A DNA stretch of 64,000 nucleotides from a virus (taxonomy: Duplodnaviria > Caudoviricetes). This document shows, in pieces, positions 34,481 through 43,675 of the stretch. Position 1 is the first letter of the stretch, and each line of letters starts with the position of its first letter. The notes beneath the pieces were generated by a model. That model was not told the DNA's origin. It saw only the letters and a program-made list of their open reading frames with translations, and did no database searches. The translations under genes and the position numbers were made by a program. The stretch spans positions 11,107 through 75,106 of IMG/VR virus record IMGVR_UViG_3300010356_000549. One strand, 5' to 3'.

Positions 34481-35245
34481 ATGGCTACCGTAAAAGGCTC
34501 AACAATAATCAGGGATCGTGAGAACGCGAATGCTCGCGCCAACGCGAATTTTAACGCGGGCAATTTCAATGCCGAGACACAGGCACGTATTGAAGGCAAT
34601 GCAATTGGGGGTGTACGTGGCCCCAATGGTGGGTGGGTTTACCCTAATAGCAGACCACTTGGCACGGGAAACATAGTTGCCACAGTAAATGGCTCTCCAA
34701 ATGTAGGGGGAGCCACCTCTGGAGGTGGAAGCGGAGGAAGTAGGAGCAGCAACCTAAGCGGAAAATCTTACAACGACCTTGTGAACACGGATATAGGTGC
34801 TCTGGTTGAGCCAGATGATGTGTTTAGCTTTGATGTGGATGCGGCGGGCAATCTGGTGAATGCCAAATTGGAGCGTGAAGGAGTAGCAGGGACTGGTATG
34901 AATTTCCCCACGGCTCTCCACCTTGCGAAGACGACCGGGTTTTTGGTGGGGAGGTCATCATGGCAAACGGCTGACTCCGGGAAGTGGCTTTACTACTACG
35001 GGGTGGCGTGGTTCCTCCTACTCATGGACGGGTCGGAGCTGGTAACGTCCGAGGGGGTCACGCGGGAGGTTGCCCCCAACTTTACCTATGGGGATGCCCT
35101 ATCCGAGGACTGGATTCTGCCGCCGGGTGCGGGCGCTGCTGGCTATCTACAATTCGAGCCGTTCGAAAGCACGATTAATGGTAAAACGCAAAAATACAAC
35201 CCACTAAGCCCACCCACTAGGATTGGCTATGGAATAACTTTATGA
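34481..35245 (+). CDS. Gly/Asn-rich protein with a C-terminal DUF2829 (Tad2-like) domain (start revised to ATG 34481)
   Basis: MNFPTALHLAKTTGFLVGRSSW...KWL...APNFTYGDALSEDW matches the DUF2829 pattern MNF..AL..K.G..V.R..W...P...D.LA.DW. Confidence 0.6.
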   Translation: MATVKGSTIIRDRENANARANANFNAGNFNAETQARIEGNAIGGVRGPNGGWVYPNSRPLGTGNIVATVNGSPNVGGATSGGGSGGSRSSNLSGKSYNDLVNTDIGALVEPDDVFSFDVDAAGNLVNAKLEREGVAGTGMNFPTALHLAKTTGFLVGRSSWQTADSGKWLYYYGVAWFLLLMDGSELVTSEGVTREVAPNFTYGDALSEDWILPPGAGAAGYLQFEPFESTINGKTQKYNPLSPPTRIGYGITL

Positions 35246-36294
35246 GCAGGAAGAGAGTGAAGAAAAAAACGTTTTGCCTAGTGGTCCCTTGGATGGCACT
35301 AGGAGGCGCGGATAGGTGCGGCCTTGATGTGCTCTCCTACTACAAGTCGAAGGGGTATCGGGCAGTGGTAATAGCTACCAAACACAATCCCCTTACCCAC
35401 CATCAAACGCAGGCTTTTGCTACAGTAGCTGACGCAATTTACACCGAGGAGGATATGCTTGCTACCATACAGGAGGAGGCTCCCGATATCGTGCTGATTA
35501 ATAATAGTCATCACGCTTACCAATACTTGGCCGGGATAAAGAAGGTGGCTCCAGCGTGTAAGTTATTCGCCCTAATGCACATGCTCTTACCCCACCCATG
35601 GGATTTTGAAGAGTATCTAAAAAAGGGCTTCGCCAAGGTGGATGGGGTCATCACCGTATCCAACAAGCTGAAAGCCGACCTTGCGGAGAAGGGGATTCGG
35701 AAGAAGGTTTATCCGCTCCATTGGTTCGGCTTTAAGGGAGATGGCCTCTCTTTCTCAAGGGAGTTGTCAAATCGGATTCTGTGCCCTATGAGGCTGGAGA
35801 CCCAGAAGCGTCCCGAGTTCATCCCTCTGGTGGCGGAGAAGATGCGGGCGCTCATACCCACGGCCAAGTTCATCATAACGGGCTCGGGGTATATGGAGGA
35901 TCGTGTCAAGGAGGTGGCCGTTGAGAGGGGTGTTATGGATATGCTGGAGTTCACCGGGGAGATACCACTGGATGAAATGGAGGCGCAATACACCAAGGCT
36001 GGGGCTGTCCTTTGCCCTTCCAGAGATGAGGGGATTCCTCTCATCTATTATGAGGCAATGCAAAGGGGTGTCCCGCTCGCGGCATCAAAGGTGGGGGCAG
36101 TGGGTGAAGTGGTCCCTCCAGAGTATCTTATTGAGTTTGAGGCGAGCGACGAGGCATACCTATATGCGGAGCTGCTGGCGAAGCACTTGATGAAATACAC
36201 CATCGAGCATGTGGTAAATACAAGTATCCGGGTTTCCAGGGACTTCTCACATGGTAAATGGGCAGAGAGGCTGGCGGCTATCATGGGGAGATGA
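35242..36294 (+). CDS. Glycosyltransferase, GT-B fold (GT4-like)
   Basis: GGADR, VITVSNKL, R....KRPE, FTGEI...YTKA...LCPSRDEGIPL...EAMQRGVP...KVGAVGEV (ExxxxxxxE). Confidence 0.92.
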   Translation: MSRKRVKKKTFCLVVPWMALGGADRCGLDVLSYYKSKGYRAVVIATKHNPLTHHQTQAFATVADAIYTEEDMLATIQEEAPDIVLINNSHHAYQYLAGIKKVAPACKLFALMHMLLPHPWDFEEYLKKGFAKVDGVITVSNKLKADLAEKGIRKKVYPLHWFGFKGDGLSFSRELSNRILCPMRLETQKRPEFIPLVAEKMRALIPTAKFIITGSGYMEDRVKEVAVERGVMDMLEFTGEIPLDEMEAQYTKAGAVLCPSRDEGIPLIYYEAMQRGVPLAASKVGAVGEVVPPEYLIEFEASDEAYLYAELLAKHLMKYTIEHVVNTSIRVSRDFSHGKWAERLAAIMGR

Positions 36295-37562
36295 TCACGA
36301 TAAGCAATGGCCGAATCCTATGGATTCTCAACCCAAAAACCGGGACACGCTCCGTGGTCGCTTCAAAGTTATTTGCGGGGTATGCGGAGAACTACATCAC
36401 CGGGGTGGAGCACCCTTGCTTTAAAAATCTCTACAAGGTGGCGGTGGTTAGAAACCCCTTTGATAGACTCGTTTCCTGCTTCTTTAACAAGGTTGATGTA
36501 GGAAAAGGATACGGGGGCAAAGACAGCGGGGCGATTCCTGAGCATGTCAGGCATAGCTTCTCAGCCTTTGTTCATTGGCTGGCGGAGGGGGACAACCTAA
36601 GGAGTGACGTTCACTGGCTACCTCAATCCGAGTATCTGCCCCCAGCACATCAGATTGACCACCTAATCAGGTTTGAGAGCTTGCGGAGGGGATTCGCCGA
36701 GGTGTGCAAAGTAGCAGGGCAGCCCTGCGAGTTGCCTCTTGACAACAACTCCTATCACGACCATTATTCCACCTATTTTGATGATGAGCTTGTGCAGGTG
36801 GCGAGCAGGCTATACGGTGAGGACTTACAACGATTTGGGTACAGTTTTAATGATATGAGCAAGGCAAGAATTGGGTGGGATAGATACGTCGAAAGCATGG
36901 TTGCACTTGGCCTGGTGCCGGGGGATGAATGGGCTAACCGGGAAAGGTGGGAGAGCATCTACAACGGTTTCCTGTCCAAACAAGCCGTAAAGGGGGAGGT
37001 CAGGAAATTTGTGGAGATTGGCCAGGGCTCCGGCAAATACACCCTGATGGCTCTGGCCGACCACAAGCCAGAGCTGGCGATCTGCTGTGACGTGTCCAAA
37101 CGTTTTTTGGACTATTGCGAGGAGAGAATCTCTAAGACTATGCCGGAGGCAACCGTACGCTATGAGCTACTGCCCCCAAAGAACAGATATGCGCTCATGG
37201 ACAGCGTCCTAAAGCATACCGGGCCGGAGACGGTCGACCTTGTGTTTTCCATTGATGTGATGGTTCATGTGGAGGCTCCCCTAATTCTCAACTACCTGAT
37301 GAATGCAAATAGTCTGCTCAGGCTCGGGGGGACCGTGGTAATGCAGGTGGCCAACGGTAGCACATCTTCAGGCGTTGAAAGGATGCTGGAGGACGTGGAG
37401 CCGATTCATGGGCCTGACGAGCATTTTGAGGGCAAGTTCCAGTGGGTTACCCCGTCCCTCATTACGCGGATGGCCACTCGGGCCGGGCTTGAGGTAGAAC
37501 TGATGACGTGTGAGAACGGGGTGGACCTTTACTTTTCAGCGACCAAAATAATGCACCTATGA
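36291..37562 (+). CDS. Sulfotransferase (Sulfotransfer_2-like)::class I SAM methyltransferase fusion (start revised to ATG 36291)
   Basis: NPKTGTRS, VRNPFDRLVS, HWLPQSEYL, RFESL, Y.EDLQRFGY; then VEIGQGSG, CDVS, DLVFSIDVMVH, LRLGG. Confidence 0.85.
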   Translation: MITISNGRILWILNPKTGTRSVVASKLFAGYAENYITGVEHPCFKNLYKVAVVRNPFDRLVSCFFNKVDVGKGYGGKDSGAIPEHVRHSFSAFVHWLAEGDNLRSDVHWLPQSEYLPPAHQIDHLIRFESLRRGFAEVCKVAGQPCELPLDNNSYHDHYSTYFDDELVQVASRLYGEDLQRFGYSFNDMSKARIGWDRYVESMVALGLVPGDEWANRERWESIYNGFLSKQAVKGEVRKFVEIGQGSGKYTLMALADHKPELAICCDVSKRFLDYCEERISKTMPEATVRYELLPPKNRYALMDSVLKHTGPETVDLVFSIDVMVHVEAPLILNYLMNANSLLRLGGTVVMQVANGSTSSGVERMLEDVEPIHGPDEHFEGKFQWVTPSLITRMATRAGLEVELMTCENGVDLYFSATKIMHL

Positions 37563-38236
37563 AAGCAATCGTCTATCAAGTGGACACCTACTACAACAGT
37601 CCCCACGTTACCGGGAGGCATTCCCATCACTACTATAACATGTGCGAATACCTGCTGCCGCAAACGCAGCAATGGTGTAAGGATATGGGGCACGCCTTTG
37701 AGCTGATTAGGCCGGACGTGGTGACCTGCACGAGGAATGAGGTATGGCCGGAGACCATGCGCCACACCATCAACACCATCCCTAGGTTCGCCGAGAGCGA
37801 GTATGATTACATGCTCTTCCTGGACTTTGACATCTACGTGCCGGAGAGGTATGAGTTCCCCTTCCGGGAGGGCGTGATTCAGGCACCCTCTTACCCGCGC
37901 AATGAAAGGTATGATTTTCTCAAGGCTAAGGTCAAGGAGATGACCGGGCTGGAGACCACCTCCGACTCCTACCTATTTTGTGCTGTGGCCATGAGCAAGG
38001 ACGTGGCACGGCGGCTCAACGTCCCTATGCTGACCAATCCGATGCCCAGTTACAATGGCACAGTTTACAGCAACGATGAGCTGACCCTCCTTTACCATGC
38101 CGATAGTAAGGGGGTGCCCTTTGAGGATATCAAGGGGATAGTCAAGCACTCCGGGTGGGGAAGGGGCAACCACATTACCCACTTTGGAGGGGACGGGAAG
38201 GATGTAATTCGGTCGTGGTTCAGCGGAGGTATTTGA
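37559..38236 (+). CDS. Putative GT-A fold glycosyltransferase
   Basis: YDYMLFLDFDIYV (DxD), NDELTL, ITHFGG. Confidence 0.6.
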   Translation: MKAIVYQVDTYYNSPHVTGRHSHHYYNMCEYLLPQTQQWCKDMGHAFELIRPDVVTCTRNEVWPETMRHTINTIPRFAESEYDYMLFLDFDIYVPERYEFPFREGVIQAPSYPRNERYDFLKAKVKEMTGLETTSDSYLFCAVAMSKDVARRLNVPMLTNPMPSYNGTVYSNDELTLLYHADSKGVPFEDIKGIVKHSGWGRGNHITHFGGDGKDVIRSWFSGGI

Positions 38237-38333
38237 CATTATGAAAAAGCGTAGGATGATACGTCAAACAAAGAGGCAGTCGCGGCCTAAAGTGGGCCGG
38301 GACGTGTTAAAAATATTACTCAATAAAGCAATT

Positions 38334-38705
38334 ATGATAGAGAGAGTAAAGTCAAGGAAACTGTGGGTGGCGGTCTTATCGGCGGCGCTGGTCGCCTTCG
38401 GAGACGGCATGGGCCTAAGTCAAGTGACCCAGTGGATCATCGGGATGATCGGCGGGCTCTACACCGTGGGGCAAGGTATTGCCGATGGTGGAAAGCAGGG
38501 GGAACTCCAGGCGCTGGCAGCAGAGCAGCGCCAAATGCAACGTGCGGCTGCGGCCTCCCGGAAGCAGATGGAGGCAGAGGCTAGGCAGGCGGCTCAATGG
38601 GGGCTACAACCTCAAGGGCAGTGGAACGGTTACCCGCCACAAGGGAACGTGCAAAATACCCAAGGTGTGCTGACTCCTAACAACCAGCAAAAACCTCAAC
38701 TATAA
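38334..38705 (+). CDS. Holin-like membrane protein with Gln-rich tail (start revised to ATG 38334)
   Basis: KSRKLWVAVL...two hydrophobic helices...YTVGQGIADG, a common holin-like motif. Confidence 0.6.
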   Translation: MIERVKSRKLWVAVLSAALVAFGDGMGLSQVTQWIIGMIGGLYTVGQGIADGGKQGELQALAAEQRQMQRAAAASRKQMEAEARQAAQWGLQPQGQWNGYPPQGNVQNTQGVLTPNNQQKPQL

Positions 38706-38746
38706 GCAATTAATTGGGTCGCTAACAAGAGTGCCCTTTTGAATAG

Positions 38747-38777
38747 AGTCCTCCCCCCGCCGTGGGGGGGGCTTTTT
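38747..38777 (+). terminator. Rho-independent terminator
   Basis: C-rich/G-rich stem followed by TTTTT. Confidence 0.7.
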
Positions 38778-38800
38778 ACTAAGATAAAACCAACAAAAAT

Positions 38801-39019
38801 ATGAAAAACATCATCATGCTATTGATCATCGCTTTCGCCCTATTTGGGGGTGTTCAAGCGGTTGAAGCTCGGCCTTCTAATCAGCCCTGCCGCTGTGCGG
38901 TGGACGGTTGTAAGAAGTGCCCGAAGTGCGGCGGCTGCCGCTGCGGGGCGAAGGATTGCAAGTGTAAGAAATGCACCTGCAAAAAGGCTCCCCCATTTAG
39001 GAAAAGGGGCCAGCGCTAA
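38801..39019 (+). CDS. Exported Cys-rich (metallothionein-like) small protein
   Basis: Signal peptide ending VEA; 11 Cys in about 31 residues arranged as CxC and CxxC. Confidence 0.65.
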   Translation: MKNIIMLLIIAFALFGGVQAVEARPSNQPCRCAVDGCKKCPKCGGCRCGAKDCKCKKCTCKKAPPFRKRGQR

Positions 39020-39070
39020 CCTTTCGGACATGACGACCTGGGGTAAGTCGCAAAACTATCCCGCCACCCC

Positions 39071-39098
39071 TTGCATCTCTCTCTCGGTGTGCTACATT
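39071..39098 (+). promoter_or_regulatory. Sigma70-like promoter of the endolysin
   Basis: TTGCAT-16-TACATT; a motif copy lies between it and the ATG. Confidence 0.5.
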
Positions 39099-39110
39099 CT
39101 GGCAAAAAAT

Positions 39111-39128
39111 TTTGCACGATCTTGCAAA
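39111..39128 (+). repeat. 18-bp dispersed motif, copy 5
   Basis: Exact; 8 nt before the endolysin ATG 39137. Confidence 0.95.
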
Positions 39129-39136
39129 TTACTATT

Positions 39137-39598
39137 ATGGACGAACGATCAGCCCGAATCATAAGCACCTTACACCCCAAAGCGCAGCCCGTATTTACGC
39201 GGCTCCTTGAAGCGGGAAAGACCATCGCCCTACTGCATGGGGCTGATTACGTCGCAATCTCCGGGCATCGGAGTTACGCAGAGCAAACGGAGCTGTATGC
39301 CAAGGGCCGGACCAAGCCGGGCCGGATCGTCACAAACGCTCGGGCGGGCTACAGCAACCACAACTTTGGGATCGCGGTGGATTTTGGGGTGTTCAAGGAT
39401 GGCAAATATCTGGACAGCGCCAAGCCTGCCCTTGCCAACAAGATCCACAAGCAAGTCGCGGAATGGGCGGCTAAACATGAGTGGATCATCGAGTGGGGGG
39501 GCAACTGGAAATCCTTTCAAGACATACCCCACTTCCAGCTCAAAGGCCACACCCTGGCCCAACTTCGCACGCTGGTAAAGGAGGGGAAATGGAGCTAG
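39137..39598 (+). CDS. Endolysin, M15 family (L-Ala-D-Glu peptidase-like) (start revised to ATG 39137)
   Basis: LHPKAQP, SGHRSYAEQ.ELYAKGRT, VTNARAG.SNHNFG.AVD, WGGNW..F.D.PHFQ. Confidence 0.95.
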   Translation: MDERSARIISTLHPKAQPVFTRLLEAGKTIALLHGADYVAISGHRSYAEQTELYAKGRTKPGRIVTNARAGYSNHNFGIAVDFGVFKDGKYLDSAKPALANKIHKQVAEWAAKHEWIIEWGGNWKSFQDIPHFQLKGHTLAQLRTLVKEGKWS

Positions 39599-39954
39599 GT
39601 AAAGTGACCCAATGGATTGACGAGCTAATCGCTCAAACCAAAATGCCCCCGCCTATGGAAGCCGACCCGCGCATTTTTTGTTACATGCTCGGGATTATCG
39701 CTTTCGGGGGTGTATCCGCGCTGGCGGCCCTTTTCTCCTCCGAGGCTTCCTTGACACCCCGTGTAGTGGTGGCGTATATGCTGTCGGGGCTTATCTCCTC
39801 AGGCGTTGTGGTGCTGCTACTGGTGGAAAGGTATGGTCTGTCGTGGTTTCTGGTAGGCATTGCCATCCTCGCGGGGTACAAAGCGGTGGACTTTTTGGCG
39901 GCTGGAAGTCTGTATGTAAGGAAACTAATCGGAAAGTTCGTAAAGCATGAGTAA
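39589..39954 (+). CDS. Holin-like membrane protein, about 3 transmembrane segments (start revised to ATG 39589)
   Basis: Hydrophobic segments LGIIAFGGVSALAAL, VVVAYMLSGLISSGVVVLLLV, WFLVGIAILAG; overlaps the endolysin 3' end. Confidence 0.6.
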   Translation: MELGKVTQWIDELIAQTKMPPPMEADPRIFCYMLGIIAFGGVSALAALFSSEASLTPRVVVAYMLSGLISSGVVVLLLVERYGLSWFLVGIAILAGYKAVDFLAAGSLYVRKLIGKFVKHE

Positions 39955-40414
39955 GGCAAGGTTAAGGGTCAGCGAATTACTACACGTATTATTGCTCGTT
40001 TTGGTAGGGGCAAGCCTGGGGGGCTACATCTTCGAGAAGGGTCACCGGAAGAGTGCCCACGAACGCATGGAATTGGCCTTTCACTCCGGGCGGGCCGGGT
40101 GGTGGGTGTTCAACGTGAGGAAGAACCAACTAGAATGGTCAGACGGCATGTTTGATTTATACCAGCAGAAGCCCGAGTCGTGGGAGCCGACTTATGCCGG
40201 GTTTATAAATTCTGTGCATCCTGAGGACCGGGTGGAGGTCACGTCCCTACTGGAGGAATGCTACACCAAGGGCACGCCTTACCGGGTGGGCTTTCGTATT
40301 GTATGGCCGGACGGTCAGGTTCACAAAATACTGGCATCAGGGGAACGCTCGCACGATGGCCGATACATCGTTGGAATCAACATCGAGGACTCGATGCTAA
40401 GGGTTTACGAGTAA
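39947..40414 (+). CDS. Membrane-anchored stand-alone PAS (PAS_3-like) domain protein
   Basis: N-terminal TM; ERMELA...GWW.FN...LEWSD....LY...F..SVHPEDR...FRIVWPDG.V..I..SG. Confidence 0.85.
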   Translation: MSKARLRVSELLHVLLLVLVGASLGGYIFEKGHRKSAHERMELAFHSGRAGWWVFNVRKNQLEWSDGMFDLYQQKPESWEPTYAGFINSVHPEDRVEVTSLLEECYTKGTPYRVGFRIVWPDGQVHKILASGERSHDGRYIVGINIEDSMLRVYE

Positions 40415-40468
40415 AGGGGCGATAACTTGCTGGCGATCAAGGGATAGTATTTTTGTTAAAAAAAGACT

Positions 40469-40496
40469 TTGCAAAGGCTTTAAAAGGGTTTACTCT
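40469..40496 (+). promoter_or_regulatory. Strong sigma70-like (early-type) promoter with A-tract UP element
   Basis: AAAAAAAGACT-TTGCAA-16-TACTCT. Confidence 0.7.
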
Positions 40497-40530
40497 TTAG
40501 TCGTCCACAGTAGAGGGACAATAAACGACA

Positions 40531-42189
40531 ATGAGTAAACAAAAGTATCAGAAGGCTCTAAGCCTTTTATCAGACAGCGGCATCGGTGTAATCCTCACCA
40601 GAACCCGCGAACCACTACGGGCTATCTCAGCTCTCCGGGAACTCTCCCAAACCAATCACCTTCCGTTCTGTCAGTGGGACGTTATGCGGGGCTGGCGCAG
40701 TTACGGTCCCAACGACCGGGAAGACACTCCACCTAAGGCGGAGAAAATCACCGACCCTTTTATGGCCTTGAAGGCCATCGAGGATATCGACAATGCAGGG
40801 ATGAACCGTAAAGAATCGGGCCTATTTGTGATGAGCGCTATTCATCATTGGATGGGCAAACACCCCGGCATAACGGAGTGCTTGCGTCACTACGTCAAAA
40901 CATTCGCTGAGAAGGCCGACCTTCGACTTGTGCTGGTCTGCCCGGAGTCGACGATGCTACCGGAGGAGCTGCAACATGATATCCCAATCGTGGACTTCGA
41001 CCTGCCCGACCATGAGGAAATCAAAAGCATTTACGAATACATCCTGGCCTCGTCAACGCTGGAGGGCGAGGATGTTCCTGAGCTTTACGGGGACGCGGAA
41101 ACTGAGGCACTAATCTCATCCGCCGGGGGCATGACCACCATGCAGGCGGAGGCGGCCTATTCGCTGGCCATCGTCAAAAACCGTCCAGTCGACCGGGAGT
41201 GGCATGACATTCCCTTCTCAGCCTTCAACGGCTCCGTGCTGGACTCCAAAACTGAGGCTGTCAAACAGTCGGAAGTGCTGGAGCTACTGGAACCCGTCGA
41301 AATGTCTGACGTGGGCGGTCTGGAGGTTCTCAAGGAGTGGATCACCGATGCAGCCCAAATGTTCTCCAAAGAGGCAAGGGATTTTGGGGCGGATATGCCG
41401 GACGGTATTGCGGCAGTCGGACCTCCGGGCACCGGGAAAACTCTTGTGGCCAAGGCTATCGCCACCACGCTGGGGCAGCCCTTAGTCAAGTTTGACGTAT
41501 CCAAGTGCTTCGGCAAATACGTCGGGGAGAGCGAAAGCAAGGTGCGGTCTGCCCTTAAGCAGCTTGAGGCCATGGGCCGGGTGGTCGTGCTTTTTGATGA
41601 GGTGGATAAGTCACTTGGCGGCTCTCACCAAGGCGGTGGGGATAACGGGGTTTCCCAAAGGGTGCTGGGGTCTATCCTGACCTTCCTTCAAGAAACGTCT
41701 GCCCCTATCTTTCCAGTGTTCACCGCTAACCGGACCAACTCCCTGCCACCGGAATTGCTCAGGAAGGGGCGGCTTGATGAGGTCTTTGCGGTGATGCCTC
41801 CCAACCGTATCGAGCGCGAGGCCATCCTGAAAATCCACCTGCGCAAGCGCAAGCAAACCGGGAAGATCAAAGATTTGGGCGTGGCAGTAGCGGCCAGCCG
41901 GGGTTACGTTTCCGCAGAGCTGGAGGCGGCAGTCAAAGAGGCGGTGAAGCACAGCTTCTGCCACGGCGTGGAGATTACCGGGCAACTGATAGCGGAGCAG
42001 CTTCTCAACATGGTCCCAATCTCTGTGGCCTTTGCCGAAGACTTTGCAGCGATGCAGGAGTGGGCAGCGAACAACGCTCGCCAAGCCTCTGCCCCTTGCG
42101 ATGAGGACGCCAATGAGTCTATACCGGAGCCTAAGCGGGCGCGGAGGCGGGCTATTCAGGGTGACAACAACATCAACTCGAAAAACTAG
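40531..42189 (+). CDS. AAA+ ATPase, Ycf46/SpoVK-like (degenerate N-terminal AAA plus active C-terminal AAA)
   Basis: DFDLPD.EEI, DVGGLE.LKEW, GPPGTGKT, FDEVDK, TANR...LPPELLRKGRLDEVF. Confidence 0.9.
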   Translation: MSKQKYQKALSLLSDSGIGVILTRTREPLRAISALRELSQTNHLPFCQWDVMRGWRSYGPNDREDTPPKAEKITDPFMALKAIEDIDNAGMNRKESGLFVMSAIHHWMGKHPGITECLRHYVKTFAEKADLRLVLVCPESTMLPEELQHDIPIVDFDLPDHEEIKSIYEYILASSTLEGEDVPELYGDAETEALISSAGGMTTMQAEAAYSLAIVKNRPVDREWHDIPFSAFNGSVLDSKTEAVKQSEVLELLEPVEMSDVGGLEVLKEWITDAAQMFSKEARDFGADMPDGIAAVGPPGTGKTLVAKAIATTLGQPLVKFDVSKCFGKYVGESESKVRSALKQLEAMGRVVVLFDEVDKSLGGSHQGGGDNGVSQRVLGSILTFLQETSAPIFPVFTANRTNSLPPELLRKGRLDEVFAVMPPNRIEREAILKIHLRKRKQTGKIKDLGVAVAASRGYVSAELEAAVKEAVKHSFCHGVEITGQLIAEQLLNMVPISVAFAEDFAAMQEWAANNARQASAPCDEDANESIPEPKRARRRAIQGDNNINSKN

Positions 42190-42193
42190 AGTC

Positions 42194-42844
42194 ATGCCCT
42201 ACATCAGAACATTAGTCGGGAACATCAATGAATACAGCGGCTCCTCCCAGGTGCGGGTGTTCCACTCCCCGCGAGCAGGCGGGCTCGGCCACCAAGAGCT
42301 TTTCTTGGATAAGGCTGCCGGGGAAGGGCCAACGGCTGGCAAGATTATCCAAAGGATGACCAACCCTATTTTCATCCCAGCCGTTGTGGGGAAGCCCAAG
42401 GAGATTGGGGGGATGCTGGTGGATCAAACCTTCTCCATCTCGGATGGTGAGATACTGAAAATCTTCGCTCATCTCCGGGGCGGCTACGGGAGCCGGGTTA
42501 AAACTGCCAACGTGTTTCTGCGGGTGCGGGAGGGCGCGGCAGTGCAAAAAATCAGAATCAAAATCTCAACCAATCCAAACGCGGCTTTCCAGTATGCGGA
42601 GATTGAGGGGGCTTTTGACATTCTGGACCCTGATGACGTGGAAGCAACGGGAGTGAAGATGCTGGAGCAATTCCGGGACTCCATGAGCCTTGCGAACCGT
42701 CAAAGGGTGATCAGTGAAGTGATAGTCATTCAGCCTGAGGTTAAGGCTGTCCAAAAAATGGTTAAAAAGGAAACCATCGGGGTCGACGGCACAAAGGTCG
42801 TCACCTTTGAAGTCAAACGTAAAAGAGCAATCAGAACCAAGTAA
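42194..42844 (+). CDS. Hypothetical protein in the AAA+ operon (start revised to ATG 42194)
   Basis: Fills the gap between the AAA+ and DUF1257-like genes. Confidence 0.7.
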   Translation: MPYIRTLVGNINEYSGSSQVRVFHSPRAGGLGHQELFLDKAAGEGPTAGKIIQRMTNPIFIPAVVGKPKEIGGMLVDQTFSISDGEILKIFAHLRGGYGSRVKTANVFLRVREGAAVQKIRIKISTNPNAAFQYAEIEGAFDILDPDDVEATGVKMLEQFRDSMSLANRQRVISEVIVIQPEVKAVQKMVKKETIGVDGTKVVTFEVKRKRAIRTK

Positions 42845-42857
42845 AAAAAGTAATATT

Positions 42858-43433
42858 ATGTCACATACAACGAGCATTAAGTCAGCTCCAATTAAGTCGG
42901 TGGCGGCCCTGAAGGGGTGTATCGCAGAAATGCGGGCCAATGGAATGAAGATCAACCTTAAAGAGAACGCGGTCCCGCGCATGTTTTACCGGGACCAAAT
43001 CTCGCGGCACGTTAAGGCGGCTGAGGCGGCGAGGGCACCCGCTGATAAGCTGGGTTTACAGTTCCACACAAACCCGGAGGAATGCGACTACGTTATTGAG
43101 CTGGAGGACGCATATTATGACATCGCCCTGATCAAAGACAAGAATGGCTATCTCGTGCCCTTCTTTGATGACTACAACTATCCCTCGCAGTCGAGTGGCA
43201 CTAAGGCCACCAAACCCATCCGGGGCGTTCTCGGGGCAAAATACGAGGGCAAGGTGGAGCACTGGAGCGGCGAGCGGGATGCCACAGATCAAACCCTGCA
43301 TTCCGTAGGGAAGCTGCTTCAAGGGTATGCCCGGCACGCGGCCATGGAGGCGGCGACTATGGCGGGCTACCAAGTGCTGGGGTATGAGGAGGATGACAAG
43401 GGGTGGCAACACCTGCTGGTCGAAGTCAATTAA
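42858..43433 (+). CDS. DUF1257/Ycf35-like protein (start revised to ATG 42858)
   Basis: MSHTTSIK...L...IAEM; ...YA.HAA...A...GY.V...E...G..HL. Confidence 0.65.
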   Translation: MSHTTSIKSAPIKSVAALKGCIAEMRANGMKINLKENAVPRMFYRDQISRHVKAAEAARAPADKLGLQFHTNPEECDYVIELEDAYYDIALIKDKNGYLVPFFDDYNYPSQSSGTKATKPIRGVLGAKYEGKVEHWSGERDATDQTLHSVGKLLQGYARHAAMEAATMAGYQVLGYEEDDKGWQHLLVEVN

Positions 43434-43468
43434 GCCTAACCGGAGTTCAACAATAACCGACTAAAATT

Positions 43469-43675
43469 ATGGGATCTAAACAAATCAAAATCAGCATCTC
43501 GCCCATCGGCGAGGTCAAGCTACTGACAGAGGGTTTCGCGGGGATGGGGTGTTTGGCGGCAGCCAAGCCCATTCTGGACGCCTTAAGCGACCACACCAAG
43601 CCTCCCGAGATTGAAATCACGGGGGAAGGCTATGCCACGGAAACTGAATCGGAGCTGGAGTGCCAAGTAGGATGA
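43469..43675 (+). CDS. DUF2997-like small protein
   Basis: KQIKISISPIGEVKL.TEGF.G.GCL.A.K.I.DAL. Confidence 0.75.
   Translation: MGSKQIKISISPIGEVKLLTEGFAGMGCLAAAKPILDALSDHTKPPEIEITGEGYATETESELECQVG

Noticed and set aside
38233-38260. TTGACA promoter before the holin-like gene
   Set aside because: Nearest TAnnnT (TAGGAT) is only 13 nt away; spacing not acceptable
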